Shown here: piece after piece, positions 1 through 9,213 of the stretch | Layout: each line of letters starts with the position of its first letter | How positions within the stretch are numbered: the first letter of the stretch is position 1 | Source: Gammaproteobacteria bacterium | GTDB taxonomy: Bacteria; Pseudomonadota; Gammaproteobacteria; Xanthomonadales; SZUA-36 | Direction of reading: 5' to 3' | Length of the DNA: 64,000 nucleotides | NCBI GenBank assembly: GCA_024279945.1 | Contig: JAJRRA010000071.1 | Location: 2,171-66,170, forward strand | Program-made: the position numbers and the translations under genes | The notes under the pieces: model-generated | What the model was told of the DNA's origin: nothing | The model's database searches: none | The model's input: the letters and a program-made list of their open reading frames with translations, nothing else

Positions 1-47
1 TGAAGCTTAAACTCCTTCCTTATCGTGGCCCAAAATGGAGTGGCAGT

Positions 48-680
48 ATGCCAGAGACCAAAATGAAACCGCAAGCATCCTACCAATGGCCCGAAATCAT
101 GGCCTTTGTATTCTCCATTGTCGCCATCGTCATATCCGGGTATTCCTTACTCGAAGGGCGCTGGCAGCACCAGGATGAACGCAATACGGAGATACTCGAT
201 TCCGTTTATGAGGACTGGATCGACCTGGCGAACCGGGATGACTGGCGAGTGCAGCATTTGATCGAATCACCCGACACTTACTACCTGGTGCGCGATGTCG
301 CCAGGCGGTTGACGGTAAACTTCAGCGAGGAAGAAAAGGCGCGCACGTTCCTGGTGGAGCGTGCAACGGTGAACATTGTATTCACTAACTTCGAGCATCT
401 CCTAAAGCAATGGATGCTGGCGGAAGAACTTGGCGATGAATCTCGACTGGGTGTTTTACGGGAGGAAGTGGATTTCTACGCCGAGGTGTATCTGCGAAAT
501 CCCCGCCTGCTGTGGTACTGGAGCGAGTCCGGCGGTGGCTGGGTTAACGGCGCAGATCCGTCAACCATCAAATGGTTTCGCGAGAAAGTCTTTGAGAACC
601 CGGAACAGCCGCTGACGGTTGACCCCGATGCAGAGGGTATTTTGCCCGGTTTTGACTGGCGGGCCGGAGCCGATGAATGA
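48..680 (+). CDS. hypothetical protein with a single N-terminal transmembrane helix
   Basis: 210-aa ORF. Hydrophobic segment IMAFVFSIVAIVISGYSLL near the N-terminus. No family motif recognised. Confidence 0.45.
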   Translation: MPETKMKPQASYQWPEIMAFVFSIVAIVISGYSLLEGRWQHQDERNTEILDSVYEDWIDLANRDDWRVQHLIESPDTYYLVRDVARRLTVNFSEEEKARTFLVERATVNIVFTNFEHLLKQWMLAEELGDESRLGVLREEVDFYAEVYLRNPRLLWYWSESGGGWVNGADPSTIKWFREKVFENPEQPLTVDPDAEGILPGFDWRAGADE

Positions 681-688
681 GTGCTTGT

Positions 689-1669
689 TCAGTCTCCGGA
701 TCGAGCTAAATCACGAACCCAGTCCGCCAAAATCTTCATCTGTGCACCATTCCTCCAGCGGTAATCCGGGCCGGTATAGCCCCACCAGTCCCAGCAGGCG
801 TAAGGGTTGTTTGCTGCTGGGGTCACCTGAGGAAAGGCCAGCACGATATCGTTTGCCTCGGCCCAGGGCAGGAAGCCGCTTTGTTCGATAAATTCCGTAC
901 CAATCTGGCTGGCGGATTGTGCGCAGCCGTGCAGAACCAGGTGCAGGGAGCAACTTTGCCTGTCAAGGCAGGCTGCAGGAACATACACGTAGGCCGTGTC
1001 ATTTAATCCAGCTTTAGTGGCACCCGGCAACGTTACGGTGGTCAGTTCCGAAACAGATTCAGCGCTTGGCGCCTCCAGGCCGGAATACAGATAATTTAAT
1101 ATCTCACCCGCAGCGTCATAGTCACAATCCCCCACGAAGGGCGGTCGTGATTCGGTGCAGGGTTGCCCTTGGCCTCGGCTGGGAAAGGTATGTGCTGCTT
1201 CGAAATCATTCACATAGCGGATTTGGGCTTCCGGTATAAACTCGGCGTAAAGTGCTTTAAGTGCGTTATTGACTTCCGCAACGACAACGGTGTCCAGGGT
1301 GCCGTGGAATAGCCAGACTGGGTCATCGGCTAGTGCAGCGGTATCTGCGACAAGACCTTCAGCGGCCGCCGTGCGAATTCCGGCGGCAAAATCTGCTATC
1401 GGCAGGTCACCATCGACTTTGCTCAGGCAGCGTTTCAGCGCCGTGACCAGCGAGCCCTCGGAGCAGCCGAATGGTCCGGCAGCAATGATGCCCGCTCCGG
1501 AAAACAGGTCCGAGTAGGCAATATGCAACTGGTGTGCCATCTGGCCACCGGCTGAGATACCCGATACCGTGATGCGGCCAGGATCTATATTAAGAGAGGG
1601 CGCCTGGTCCGACTGTACCGGCGAGGCGGCCAGCAGTGCACTGGTGAACAATAATCTGTACATGGTCAT
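689..1669 (-). CDS. secreted esterase, PHB-depolymerase/LpqC-like alpha/beta hydrolase family
   Basis: 326-aa ORF with signal peptide MTMYRLLFTSALLAASPVQS and nucleophile elbow GISAGG. Overall look of the esterase/PHB depolymerase family. Its ATG overlaps the stop of the upstream hotdog gene (ATGA at 1666-1669). Confidence 0.7.
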   Translation of the reverse strand: MTMYRLLFTSALLAASPVQSDQAPSLNIDPGRITVSGISAGGQMAHQLHIAYSDLFSGAGIIAAGPFGCSEGSLVTALKRCLSKVDGDLPIADFAAGIRTAAAEGLVADTAALADDPVWLFHGTLDTVVVAEVNNALKALYAEFIPEAQIRYVNDFEAAHTFPSRGQGQPCTESRPPFVGDCDYDAAGEILNYLYSGLEAPSAESVSELTTVTLPGATKAGLNDTAYVYVPAACLDRQSCSLHLVLHGCAQSASQIGTEFIEQSGFLPWAEANDIVLAFPQVTPAANNPYACWDWWGYTGPDYRWRNGAQMKILADWVRDLARSGD

Positions 1670-2064
1670 GATCTCCCTGGGAATTGATCAATGCCGTTTG
1701 CGGGCTGTGGTTTTACGTCACCGACATAAACCAGCGCCCGGCCAGTGGCAATGAGTTGGCCATCGACCCGTCGGCAGCTCGTTTCCAGGTCAGCCAGGTG
1801 CAGCTTTGGCCTGAGGCGCGTGATCTCCACCTGTGCAGTCAGCGCTTCTCCGATCAGTGCTTTGTTAACAAAGTGGGTTTGTTGTTTGAGGTACATGGCG
1901 CCCATGCCGGGTAGTTCCATGCCGAGCAAATAGGAAAACAGGGCGCCAACAAGCGGTTCGGGCACGTAGTCATCCTTAATGATGTGACCACTTAGTTCGC
2001 CATAGTCGTGCAGATCCCGGGCGCTGAAAGTCCGCGTAACTTCCGCTTTGTCACCGACTTTCAT
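1666..2064 (-). CDS. hotdog-fold (MaoC-like) protein, probably the non-catalytic partner subunit
   Basis: ORF 1666..2079. I prefer the internal ATG at 2064 (MKVGDKAEV...) because it forms an ATGA overlap with the stop of the upstream MaoC gene. Hotdog-like sequence without the D-x(4)-H hydratase motif. Confidence 0.6.
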   Translation of the reverse strand: MKVGDKAEVTRTFSARDLHDYGELSGHIIKDDYVPEPLVGALFSYLLGMELPGMGAMYLKQQTHFVNKALIGEALTAQVEITRLRPKLHLADLETSCRRVDGQLIATGRALVYVGDVKPQPANGIDQFPGRS

Positions 2065-2438
2065 GTCACCACCGTGCAATCGCCCTTGCAGGTGACGGTG
2101 CCGTCCGCGACACGTCGTACTTCCAGTGTAATTTTGGCGTCCGAGTCACCGGCAGAGCTGACGGTGGCGGTGAAACTCATTAGCTCATCGGCAAAGGTTG
2201 GCGCCGGGAACATCACCGATTGCTCGCTCATGCGCCCGCCAGGAAGCAATTGTTCGATCAGTCCCCGCAGCACGCTGCACAACAGCAGGCCATGGGCGGC
2301 CGTGCGACCGAAGCGGGTAGATGCAGCAAAATCCGGGTCGATATGAATCGGGTTGCTGTCGCCGCTCAAGCGGGCAAAACGGTCGAAATCCGCCTGCTTG
2401 AAACTGCGTTCAGTGGTGAGTCGTGGCATCTGGGTCAT
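2061..2438 (-). CDS. MaoC-family (R)-specific enoyl-CoA hydratase/dehydratase
   Basis: 125-aa ORF with hydratase motif SGDSNPIHIDPDFA...GRTAAHG. ATGA overlap with the acyl-CoA ligase stop at 2435-2438. Confidence 0.75.
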   Translation of the reverse strand: MTQMPRLTTERSFKQADFDRFARLSGDSNPIHIDPDFAASTRFGRTAAHGLLLCSVLRGLIEQLLPGGRMSEQSVMFPAPTFADELMSFTATVSSAGDSDAKITLEVRRVADGTVTCKGDCTVVT

Positions 2439-3892
2439 TTGGTTTTAAGTTCCGGCTCGGGAAGCAGGTGTTTTTGCACCTTGCCTGCTGCGGTGCGTGG
2501 AAAATCGGCTACCGGGACAAAGTATCGAGGTACCTTGTAGGCCGCCAGGCGCGGTTTGCAGAACGCGGTTAGGCTGGTCTGATCCGGTAGCGTGTGGCCG
2601 GGTTGCGCCAGCAAGTAAGCGTATCCTACCTCTCCCCACTTCTGGTCCGGCACTCCGATCACGGCAGCCTCCAGGATGTCCGGATGCCCGGCAAGCTGCT
2701 TTTCCACTTCGGCCGCATAAACGTTTTCACCACCGGAAATATACATATCCTTGAGGCGGCCAACGATGTAGTAATAACCGTCTTCATCCTGGCGCCCCAG
2801 GTCACCGCTGCGCAGCCAGACGCTATCCGCCAGGGCCTCGTTAGTTGCTTCGGGACGGTTAAAATAGCCCGGTGTGATGCCCAGGCCGGAAAACCACAGT
2901 TCCCCGGTTTCTCCCTGTGCCACATCCTTGCCGTCTGGATCAACCAGTCTCACCGAGGCCAGTAACTGCGGTTTGCCTACTGATCCGGTCTTGTTCGGAG
3001 CATTCTTTTTGTCCATCAGGAAGACGGTGGGCCCGGTTTCCGTCATGCCCATCCCATTGAGCACGGTGGCTCCGCGGGCGGCAAACTGTTGCCACAATTT
3101 GACCGGCATCGGGGCCCCGCCACAACCCCAGCAACGCACGCGGGAAAGGTCCAGTTCGTCAAAGCGCTGATGCAGGCTGATCGCCTGGTAAATGGCTGGA
3201 ACCCCGAAAAAGGTGTCCAGGCGGCCCGCTTCGAGCAGATCAAGCAAGCGTTCCAGGTCGAATCCGGGAATAAGCAAGACGCGGGCACCCATGATCAGTG
3301 CCGGCAGGGTAGTGAGGTTGATTCCGCCCGTATGGAACAGCGGAAGGTAATTCAGGGTCGTATCGTCCGCGCGTAATTCCATCCCCTGGGAGATGTTGAT
3401 GTAGTTGGCTATGGCCATGCCGTAGGTTTGAATGACGGCCTTGGGCATGCCGGTCGTTCCGGAGGTATACAACAGGTACCAGGTTTCATCCGAGGGCCAC
3501 ACGGTTCGTCCTGTAAACGGTTCACAGCGGTCGCGTTGCGTTGGGAATCCGCTTTCGCCCGCATCATCCAGATTGAGGCGGGGCAGGCGGTCGTTCGAGA
3601 GTTCTGCCGAGACTGCAGAATCTTCGCTGCCATGAAAAAGCCACTTCGCTCCACAATCAGCCAGTAGCGGTTCCAGTTCAGAACGGGGCATGCGCCAGTT
3701 CAGCGGTACAAGGATGGCGCCAATTTTGGCGCAGGCGAACAGCAATTCGAAAAATTCAACACGGTTCCGGCAAAGTATGGCCACCCTGTCGCCGTGGCTG
3801 ACCCCCCTCTTCACCAGCAGGGCGGCGGTACGTTCTGCCCGCAGGTTCATTTCCAGGTAACTTAACGGTATTCCGTGATCAATGTCTTCCAT
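2435..3892 (-). CDS. AMP-dependent acyl-CoA synthetase/ligase
   Basis: 485-aa ORF. AMP-binding signature YTSGTTGMPKA, plus TGDLG-like SGDLGRQDEDGYYYIVGRLKD and a C-terminal GKVQK motif. Confidence 0.85.
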   Translation of the reverse strand: MEDIDHGIPLSYLEMNLRAERTAALLVKRGVSHGDRVAILCRNRVEFFELLFACAKIGAILVPLNWRMPRSELEPLLADCGAKWLFHGSEDSAVSAELSNDRLPRLNLDDAGESGFPTQRDRCEPFTGRTVWPSDETWYLLYTSGTTGMPKAVIQTYGMAIANYINISQGMELRADDTTLNYLPLFHTGGINLTTLPALIMGARVLLIPGFDLERLLDLLEAGRLDTFFGVPAIYQAISLHQRFDELDLSRVRCWGCGGAPMPVKLWQQFAARGATVLNGMGMTETGPTVFLMDKKNAPNKTGSVGKPQLLASVRLVDPDGKDVAQGETGELWFSGLGITPGYFNRPEATNEALADSVWLRSGDLGRQDEDGYYYIVGRLKDMYISGGENVYAAEVEKQLAGHPDILEAAVIGVPDQKWGEVGYAYLLAQPGHTLPDQTSLTAFCKPRLAAYKVPRYFVPVADFPRTAAGKVQKHLLPEPELKTK

Positions 3893-3951
3893 GGCGATTC
3901 GATCCGGGCCGAGTTAGGCGCGCCTGGAAAGGATGTCGAAGACGGGAAAAC

Positions 3952-4566
3952 TCATTTCGGCTTAAGTGGTCGGAGTCCGTTGGCGATCAGGTCGGTGATG
4001 GTTTGCGCAATCTGCGCCGGAGGAATGCTCTCATCCCATTCTGCATACCGCATGCCCAGGGTAACGGCCATGCCCATGATGGCCCAGGACCATGTGTCGT
4101 AATCTCCCTCGCGGATTTGTCCCCGGTTTCCAGCCTCCTCCAGATTGGCCCGGTACGCTGCGGCAAAACTCGTATAGTGTTCACGGAAGGCATCGTTGGC
4201 GACAAATTCGGCTTCTGAGATGATGCGGTATATGCCTTTGTGCTGACGGACGAATTCAATGTAGGCCTCCAGGCCCATTTGCTCCGCCGTCAGGCGATCC
4301 GGCGCGTCGGATACCCGTTCGGCAATCCAACTGCGTGCGCGGTGGCTCATGAAGGATACCAAGGCCTGGAAAATTTCTTCCTTGCTTTCAAAGTAAGTAT
4401 AGAAGGTGCCGAGCGCAACGCCTGCTCTGTAGGTGATCCCGCTGACGGCAGCTTCGTGGAAGCCTTTCTCGCCAAATTCAACTTCAGCCGCACGTAACAG
4501 CTTGTCGCGGGTACGCTTACCTCGTGCTGTTTTCGGTATTTTGTTAGAACTTGAAACTTGATTCAT
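3952..4566 (-). CDS. TetR-family transcriptional regulator
   Basis: 204-aa ORF. N-terminal TetR HTH: RDKLLRAAEVEFGEKGFHEAAVSGITYRAGVALGTFYTYFESKEEIF. Confidence 0.85.
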   Translation of the reverse strand: MNQVSSSNKIPKTARGKRTRDKLLRAAEVEFGEKGFHEAAVSGITYRAGVALGTFYTYFESKEEIFQALVSFMSHRARSWIAERVSDAPDRLTAEQMGLEAYIEFVRQHKGIYRIISEAEFVANDAFREHYTSFAAAYRANLEEAGNRGQIREGDYDTWSWAIMGMAVTLGMRYAEWDESIPPAQIAQTITDLIANGLRPLKPK

Positions 4567-4778
4567 GTTTCATAATCTTGCATACTCTGACTCGATTGGC
4601 AAGCCTGGGCTCGCAAAACGGGTTTAAGTGAACGCACTACATCGGTCAACGGCAAGGGATGGCATATCACGATGAGGGCCATGGTGCGCCTATCTTACTC
4701 ATTTGCAACTGGGGTGTCAGTGGCAAAGTCAACTATCCGGCGCAGTCCGGCATCGAGTCATTATGATGGAGGAGATTC

Positions 4779-7136
4779 ATGAAAAGCTTATTTGAGCAGC
4801 AATGTGGCCCGCTTTTTCGGCGACATTTTTTACTGGTCATGGCGATCACACTGCTTGTGATGATACCGGCGACGGCACTTGCCCAGTCCCAAAAAGAGGG
4901 GGGCGATGCCAGGAAGGACGACTTCTCTGTAATCGAGGAGGTTATTGTTACGGCCACGCGGCGGGAAGAGAGCCTGATGGACGTGTCCATTGCGGTAACC
5001 GCGATCAGCGGAGAGGAACTGAACCTCTTTGGAATCCAGGACATTACGTATATCAGTCAGATGTCTCCCAATACAACGCTCAAGGTTTCCCGTGGCACCA
5101 ATACCACGCTGACCGCGTTCATCCGCGGCGTGGGCCAGCAGGACCCGGTCGCGGGTTTTGAATCCGGCGTCGGCATTTACCTCGATGACGTTTACCTGAA
5201 CCGCCCGCAGGCGGCCGTGCTGGACATCTACGATGTGGAACGAATCGAAGTGCTCCGCGGCCCGCAAGGCACACTGTACGGGCGCAACACGATTGGCGGC
5301 GCCATCAAGTACGTGACCAAGCGACTCAGAACCGATGGCACCGAGGCTCGGGCGAAGCTTTCCTACGGCAGTGACAACCTGATGGACCTTGTCTTGACCG
5401 GTTCAATACCTCTGACCGACACCTTTCGAATTGGCGGTTCTTTTGCCCGCTTCACGCACGATGGCTTTGGTGACAATCTCAACCTGACCGGTCTGGAAAA
5501 CTACAACAAGGACGTATTGGGCGTCCGTCTCAGCGCCGAATGGGAGCCGACTGACAATTTCTTCCTCAGGCTGGCTGCTGATTATGTCCAGGATGATTCC
5601 GATCCCAGACAGGGCCATCGCCTCACGGTGGGGAAACTCAGCGGTGCACCGATTCTGGATAACGTGTTTGATACCCGCGCCGGCCTCAACAACCCGCTTC
5701 AGTCCGTGGAATCGAAGGGTGTTTCCCTGTTGGCGGAGTGGCGGCTTAATGATGTAGTCACCCTGAAGAATATACTTTCCAGCCGTAGCGACGACAGTTG
5801 GTCGCCGATCGACTTCGACAGCCTGCCATCGGCTGATCTTGATGTGCCGGTGACCTATCAGAATGAGCAGTTTTCCGAGGAATTCCAGGTTCTTTTCGCG
5901 TCAGATCGCTGGAGCGGTGTGGCCGGGTTTTATTACCTGGATGCCAATGCCTTCAATGCATTTGATGTCATCCTCGGTAACCTCGGCGACCTGATCGGCC
6001 TGCCGGGCCTCAATGCATTCACTTCGGGTGACGTTGACACCGAGACCTGGTCGTTGTTTGCCGATGTCACTTATGCCCTGTCAGATCAGTTCAGCGTTTC
6101 GTTGGGCGGGCGCTACACCGAAGACAAGCGCAGTTCCAATGTGTTGAGACAGACCATGCTTTTCGGCACCTCGAAATTCTTTGGAGGCCATGCAATTCCC
6201 ATCGTGACCACTTCCGATTTTCAGGGATCAGAGACTTTTGACAAGTTCACACCGCGGGTCTCGGTAAGCTGGACGCCCAACGACGACCAGCTTGTCTACC
6301 TGACTTACAGTGAAGGTTTCAAAGGGGGTGGTTTTGACCCGCGTGGCCAGACGACCGCCGCGCCTGATCTTGATGGTGACGGCGTGGTCAGTGAAGCTGA
6401 GGTCTTTGAGTTTATGAAATTTGATCCTGAGACGGTGGATACCATTGAGTTCGGATTGAAGTCCACCTTCTTTCAGGGCCGCATGACTTCCAACATCGCG
6501 GTGTTTTTCTCCAATTACACCGATGTACAGATTCCCGGTTCTGTTGGTGTGGATACCAGTGGTGACGGCAACAACGACACCTTCATTGGTATTACTTCCA
6601 ACGCAGCCGATGCGGATATCAATGGCATCGAGTGGGAAGGACAGGCGATCCTGGCGGAGGATATTGGCAGGCAGGGCAGCGGATTACGCCTGGGCTGGGC
6701 GATCGGTTATCTCGATGCGAAGTTCAATGAGTTCATCGACCCCTTCGGCAATAACGTGGCCGATGAGCGCGTTTTCCAGAACACACCGAAGTGGACGGCC
6801 AGCGGCATATTAACCTACGAAATGCCGGTTGACCTGTTTGGCACGCCAGGGCTGTTTTCCGTGATTACCTCGCTTTCGTACAAGGGTGCGCACAGCCAGT
6901 TTGAAACGCCGAATCCCTACCTCGACCAGGCTGCTTATACGCTCTGGGATCTGAGCCTGGTGTGGTCGGATGACAGCGGTCGCTGGAGCGCAGGCATCCA
7001 TGGCAAGAATCTGACCGACGAAGAATACAAAGTGGCTGGGTACTTCTTCCCGTCACTGGGACTGGAGGGCAGCGTCACTGCCTTTTACGGCAATCCACGG
7101 CAGGTGTGGGGAACGTTGCAGTACAACTGGTTTTAA
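4779..7136 (+). CDS. TonB-dependent outer-membrane receptor
   Basis: 785-aa ORF. Signal peptide, plug motifs (VTATRREESL, RIEVLRGPQGTLYGRNTIGGAI) and a C-terminal beta-barrel ending in aromatic ...LQYNWF. GGAGGAG Shine-Dalgarno upstream. Confidence 0.9.
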   Translation: MKSLFEQQCGPLFRRHFLLVMAITLLVMIPATALAQSQKEGGDARKDDFSVIEEVIVTATRREESLMDVSIAVTAISGEELNLFGIQDITYISQMSPNTTLKVSRGTNTTLTAFIRGVGQQDPVAGFESGVGIYLDDVYLNRPQAAVLDIYDVERIEVLRGPQGTLYGRNTIGGAIKYVTKRLRTDGTEARAKLSYGSDNLMDLVLTGSIPLTDTFRIGGSFARFTHDGFGDNLNLTGLENYNKDVLGVRLSAEWEPTDNFFLRLAADYVQDDSDPRQGHRLTVGKLSGAPILDNVFDTRAGLNNPLQSVESKGVSLLAEWRLNDVVTLKNILSSRSDDSWSPIDFDSLPSADLDVPVTYQNEQFSEEFQVLFASDRWSGVAGFYYLDANAFNAFDVILGNLGDLIGLPGLNAFTSGDVDTETWSLFADVTYALSDQFSVSLGGRYTEDKRSSNVLRQTMLFGTSKFFGGHAIPIVTTSDFQGSETFDKFTPRVSVSWTPNDDQLVYLTYSEGFKGGGFDPRGQTTAAPDLDGDGVVSEAEVFEFMKFDPETVDTIEFGLKSTFFQGRMTSNIAVFFSNYTDVQIPGSVGVDTSGDGNNDTFIGITSNAADADINGIEWEGQAILAEDIGRQGSGLRLGWAIGYLDAKFNEFIDPFGNNVADERVFQNTPKWTASGILTYEMPVDLFGTPGLFSVITSLSYKGAHSQFETPNPYLDQAAYTLWDLSLVWSDDSGRWSAGIHGKNLTDEEYKVAGYFFPSLGLEGSVTAFYGNPRQVWGTLQYNWF

Positions 7137-7160
7137 TGCTTTCCCTTACCGTGTAAACCG

Positions 7161-7185
7161 GACGGCGCAGCTTTGCTGCGCCGTC
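7161..7185 (+). terminator. hairpin downstream of the TonB receptor (possible weak terminator)
   Basis: GACGGCGCAGC-TTT-GCTGCGCCGTC: 11-bp perfect stem with a 3-nt loop. Only a short T tract (TT) follows. Confidence 0.45.
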
Positions 7186-7227
7186 TTCCGGTACACTGCC
7201 ACTTCCCCATTGCCCGTCTGAAATATT

Positions 7228-8505
7228 ATGCGCAGCAGCGACTCGAAAGTTGACGAGTGTTTAACCCCGAACCGGGGCTATGTGCTGTTCATCCTGGTGG
7301 TGGTCTACACCTTCAATTTCATTGATCGTCAGATCGTGGGCATTCTGGCGGTGCCGATCAAGGCTGACCTCGGCCTGACAGACACCCAACTGGGCTTGAT
7401 GGGTGGGCTGGCTTTTGCGCTGTTCTATACCGGCCTGGGCATCCCGGTGGCGATGCTTGCCGACCGCTTCAGCCGTACCTGGATCATGACTGGCGCACTG
7501 GCTATCTGGAGTGCGATGACCGCAGCCAGCGGTCTGGCCACCAACTTCACTCAACTGTTCCTGGCCCGTTTGGGTGTGGGTGTGGGTGAGGCGGGTGGGG
7601 TGGCGCCGGCTTATTCCCTGATTGCGGACTATTTTCCGCCCGCCCAGCGGGCGCGGGCCCTGAGCGTTTACTCATTCGGTATCCCCATCGGCAGCGCGAT
7701 CGGTATTGTGTTTGGCGGTATCATCGCCAGCCTGATCAATTGGCGATATACATTTTTCATTGTCGGCCTGGCCGGTATCATTATTGCGCCAATTTTTCGT
7801 TTAACCATCAAGGAGCCACCACGTGGTCAGTTCGACCGCCAGCGCAGTGATGCGCGGGTACCGGGTTTGCAAGCGATCCTGCGCACCTTGCTGAAAAAAC
7901 CCAGCTTCTGGCTGTTATCACTGGGTGCGTCCTTTTCTTCGATGATGGGCTACGGTGTGTTCTTCTGGTTACCCTCTTTTTTTGTTCGCAGCTACCATCT
8001 GACCCTGTTGAACGCTTCCCTGTTTTACGGTGCGGTGCTGCTGATTGGCGGGCTCGCGGGAATCTGGGCGGGAGGCTGGCTGGGTGATCGTTTCGGACAC
8101 AGTCAGCACGCTCAGTATGCCAGGATTCCGGCGATAGCCTTTCTGGCCGCGGTGCCGTTTTACATACTGGCCATCCTGTCGCCGACGCTGAGCTTGAGTT
8201 TTGTCGTGTGGCTGGTGCCCACAGCCCTGGGGCTGGCCTGGCTGGGCCCGGTCATATCAGCCATCCAGCACCTGGTTCCGCCCAATATGCGGGCCACGGC
8301 ATCGGCCATCTTCCTGTTCATCAACAACCTGATTGGCATTGGACTGGGCACCTTTGCCATCGGCTTTCTTTCCGATACGCTACAGACACAGTTTGGTGAT
8401 GATTCTTTACGCTATTCCATCCTCGCGGGTACCGGCTTTTATATCGTCGCCGCAACGCTGTTTTTCCTGGCGGCACGCCACCTGGATCGCGATTGGGAGG
8501 ATTGA
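7228..8505 (+). CDS. MFS transporter (Spinster-like subfamily look)
   Basis: 425-aa ORF with about 12 hydrophobic segments. MFS motif A-like LADRFSRTW. Immediately downstream of the TonB receptor. Confidence 0.85.
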   Translation: MRSSDSKVDECLTPNRGYVLFILVVVYTFNFIDRQIVGILAVPIKADLGLTDTQLGLMGGLAFALFYTGLGIPVAMLADRFSRTWIMTGALAIWSAMTAASGLATNFTQLFLARLGVGVGEAGGVAPAYSLIADYFPPAQRARALSVYSFGIPIGSAIGIVFGGIIASLINWRYTFFIVGLAGIIIAPIFRLTIKEPPRGQFDRQRSDARVPGLQAILRTLLKKPSFWLLSLGASFSSMMGYGVFFWLPSFFVRSYHLTLLNASLFYGAVLLIGGLAGIWAGGWLGDRFGHSQHAQYARIPAIAFLAAVPFYILAILSPTLSLSFVVWLVPTALGLAWLGPVISAIQHLVPPNMRATASAIFLFINNLIGIGLGTFAIGFLSDTLQTQFGDDSLRYSILAGTGFYIVAATLFFLAARHLDRDWED

Positions 8506-8511
8506 TTCAGG

Positions 8512-8880
8512 CTATTTTTTGCGCCATTCGCCGCCGCTGTCCTTGATGTAGTTGCCGCGCACGGTTTTTTCGATTGCGGTGGTTCCACCTACTTTTTCAA
8601 CTTCAGACAAGGCAACACTTTGTTTTTCGGCGATCGTCTGGTAGCGGGCCTTGCGCTTGGCATTAACATCACGGACCAGGGCCTTGATTTCCGGTGGCAC
8701 ATCCTGGCGAACAAGACCCAGGTAGCCATTTGCCTGTTCGCCGATCAGACCATCGGCTTTGGGCTGGTCCAGGGCGCCGGCCATGGCCGGAGATGTACCC
8801 AGGGTCATGCCAAGGGACATGACCAACAGGAACAGGGCGGCAAATAAACGCCCGGATTTCGTTTTTGGTGTTTTCATCAT
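8512..8880 (-). CDS. ydbL: YdbL-family periplasmic protein (DUF1318)
   Basis: 122-aa ORF with a signal peptide. Sequence GLIGEQANGYLGL...NAKRKARY...GNYIKDSGGEW is typical of YdbL. Last gene of a ydbH-ynbE-ydbL arrangement. Confidence 0.75.
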   Translation of the reverse strand: MMKTPKTKSGRLFAALFLLVMSLGMTLGTSPAMAGALDQPKADGLIGEQANGYLGLVRQDVPPEIKALVRDVNAKRKARYQTIAEKQSVALSEVEKVGGTTAIEKTVRGNYIKDSGGEWRKK

Positions 8881-8922
8881 CTTGTACCATTCATATCGTG
8901 TGAGTTCTTGTCAGACCAGTCA

Positions 8923-9111
8923 TCAGAACATATCATCTTCTTCATCAAACATTTCCATGACTTCTTTCTCGACCTTGATCAGGATTTCGTGCTTGATATT
9001 GATATTCATATTGATCTCAATCGGCTTGTCAGGTGCTTCCATTTTAACCGTGGGCGTACACGCGACGGCGATCAGCATGCCACCCAACAATCCCAGTATC
9101 CGTAATTTCAT
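8923..9111 (-). CDS. ynbE: YnbE-family small lipoprotein
   Basis: Internal ATG gives MKLRILGLLGGMLIAVAC... with lipobox IAVAC, 62 aa. Located between ydbH and ydbL as in enterobacteria. Confidence 0.75.
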   Translation of the reverse strand: MKLRILGLLGGMLIAVACTPTVKMEAPDKPIEINMNINIKHEILIKVEKEVMEMFDEEDDMF

Positions 9112-9213
9112 TTTGATCACCCGACTCAATTGATTAATTCTTGCAGTTACTTTACGACGACCCGCTGAATGTAGCCTGAACCCCGGGGCCGGGCAAGTAT
9201 TAGCCCGATCCGA

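Noticed and set aside
4567-4778. Cobalamin or other riboswitch in the leader of the first TonB receptor
   Set aside because: I could find no B12 box or other riboswitch core sequence. The region is more likely the TetR-controlled divergent promoter.
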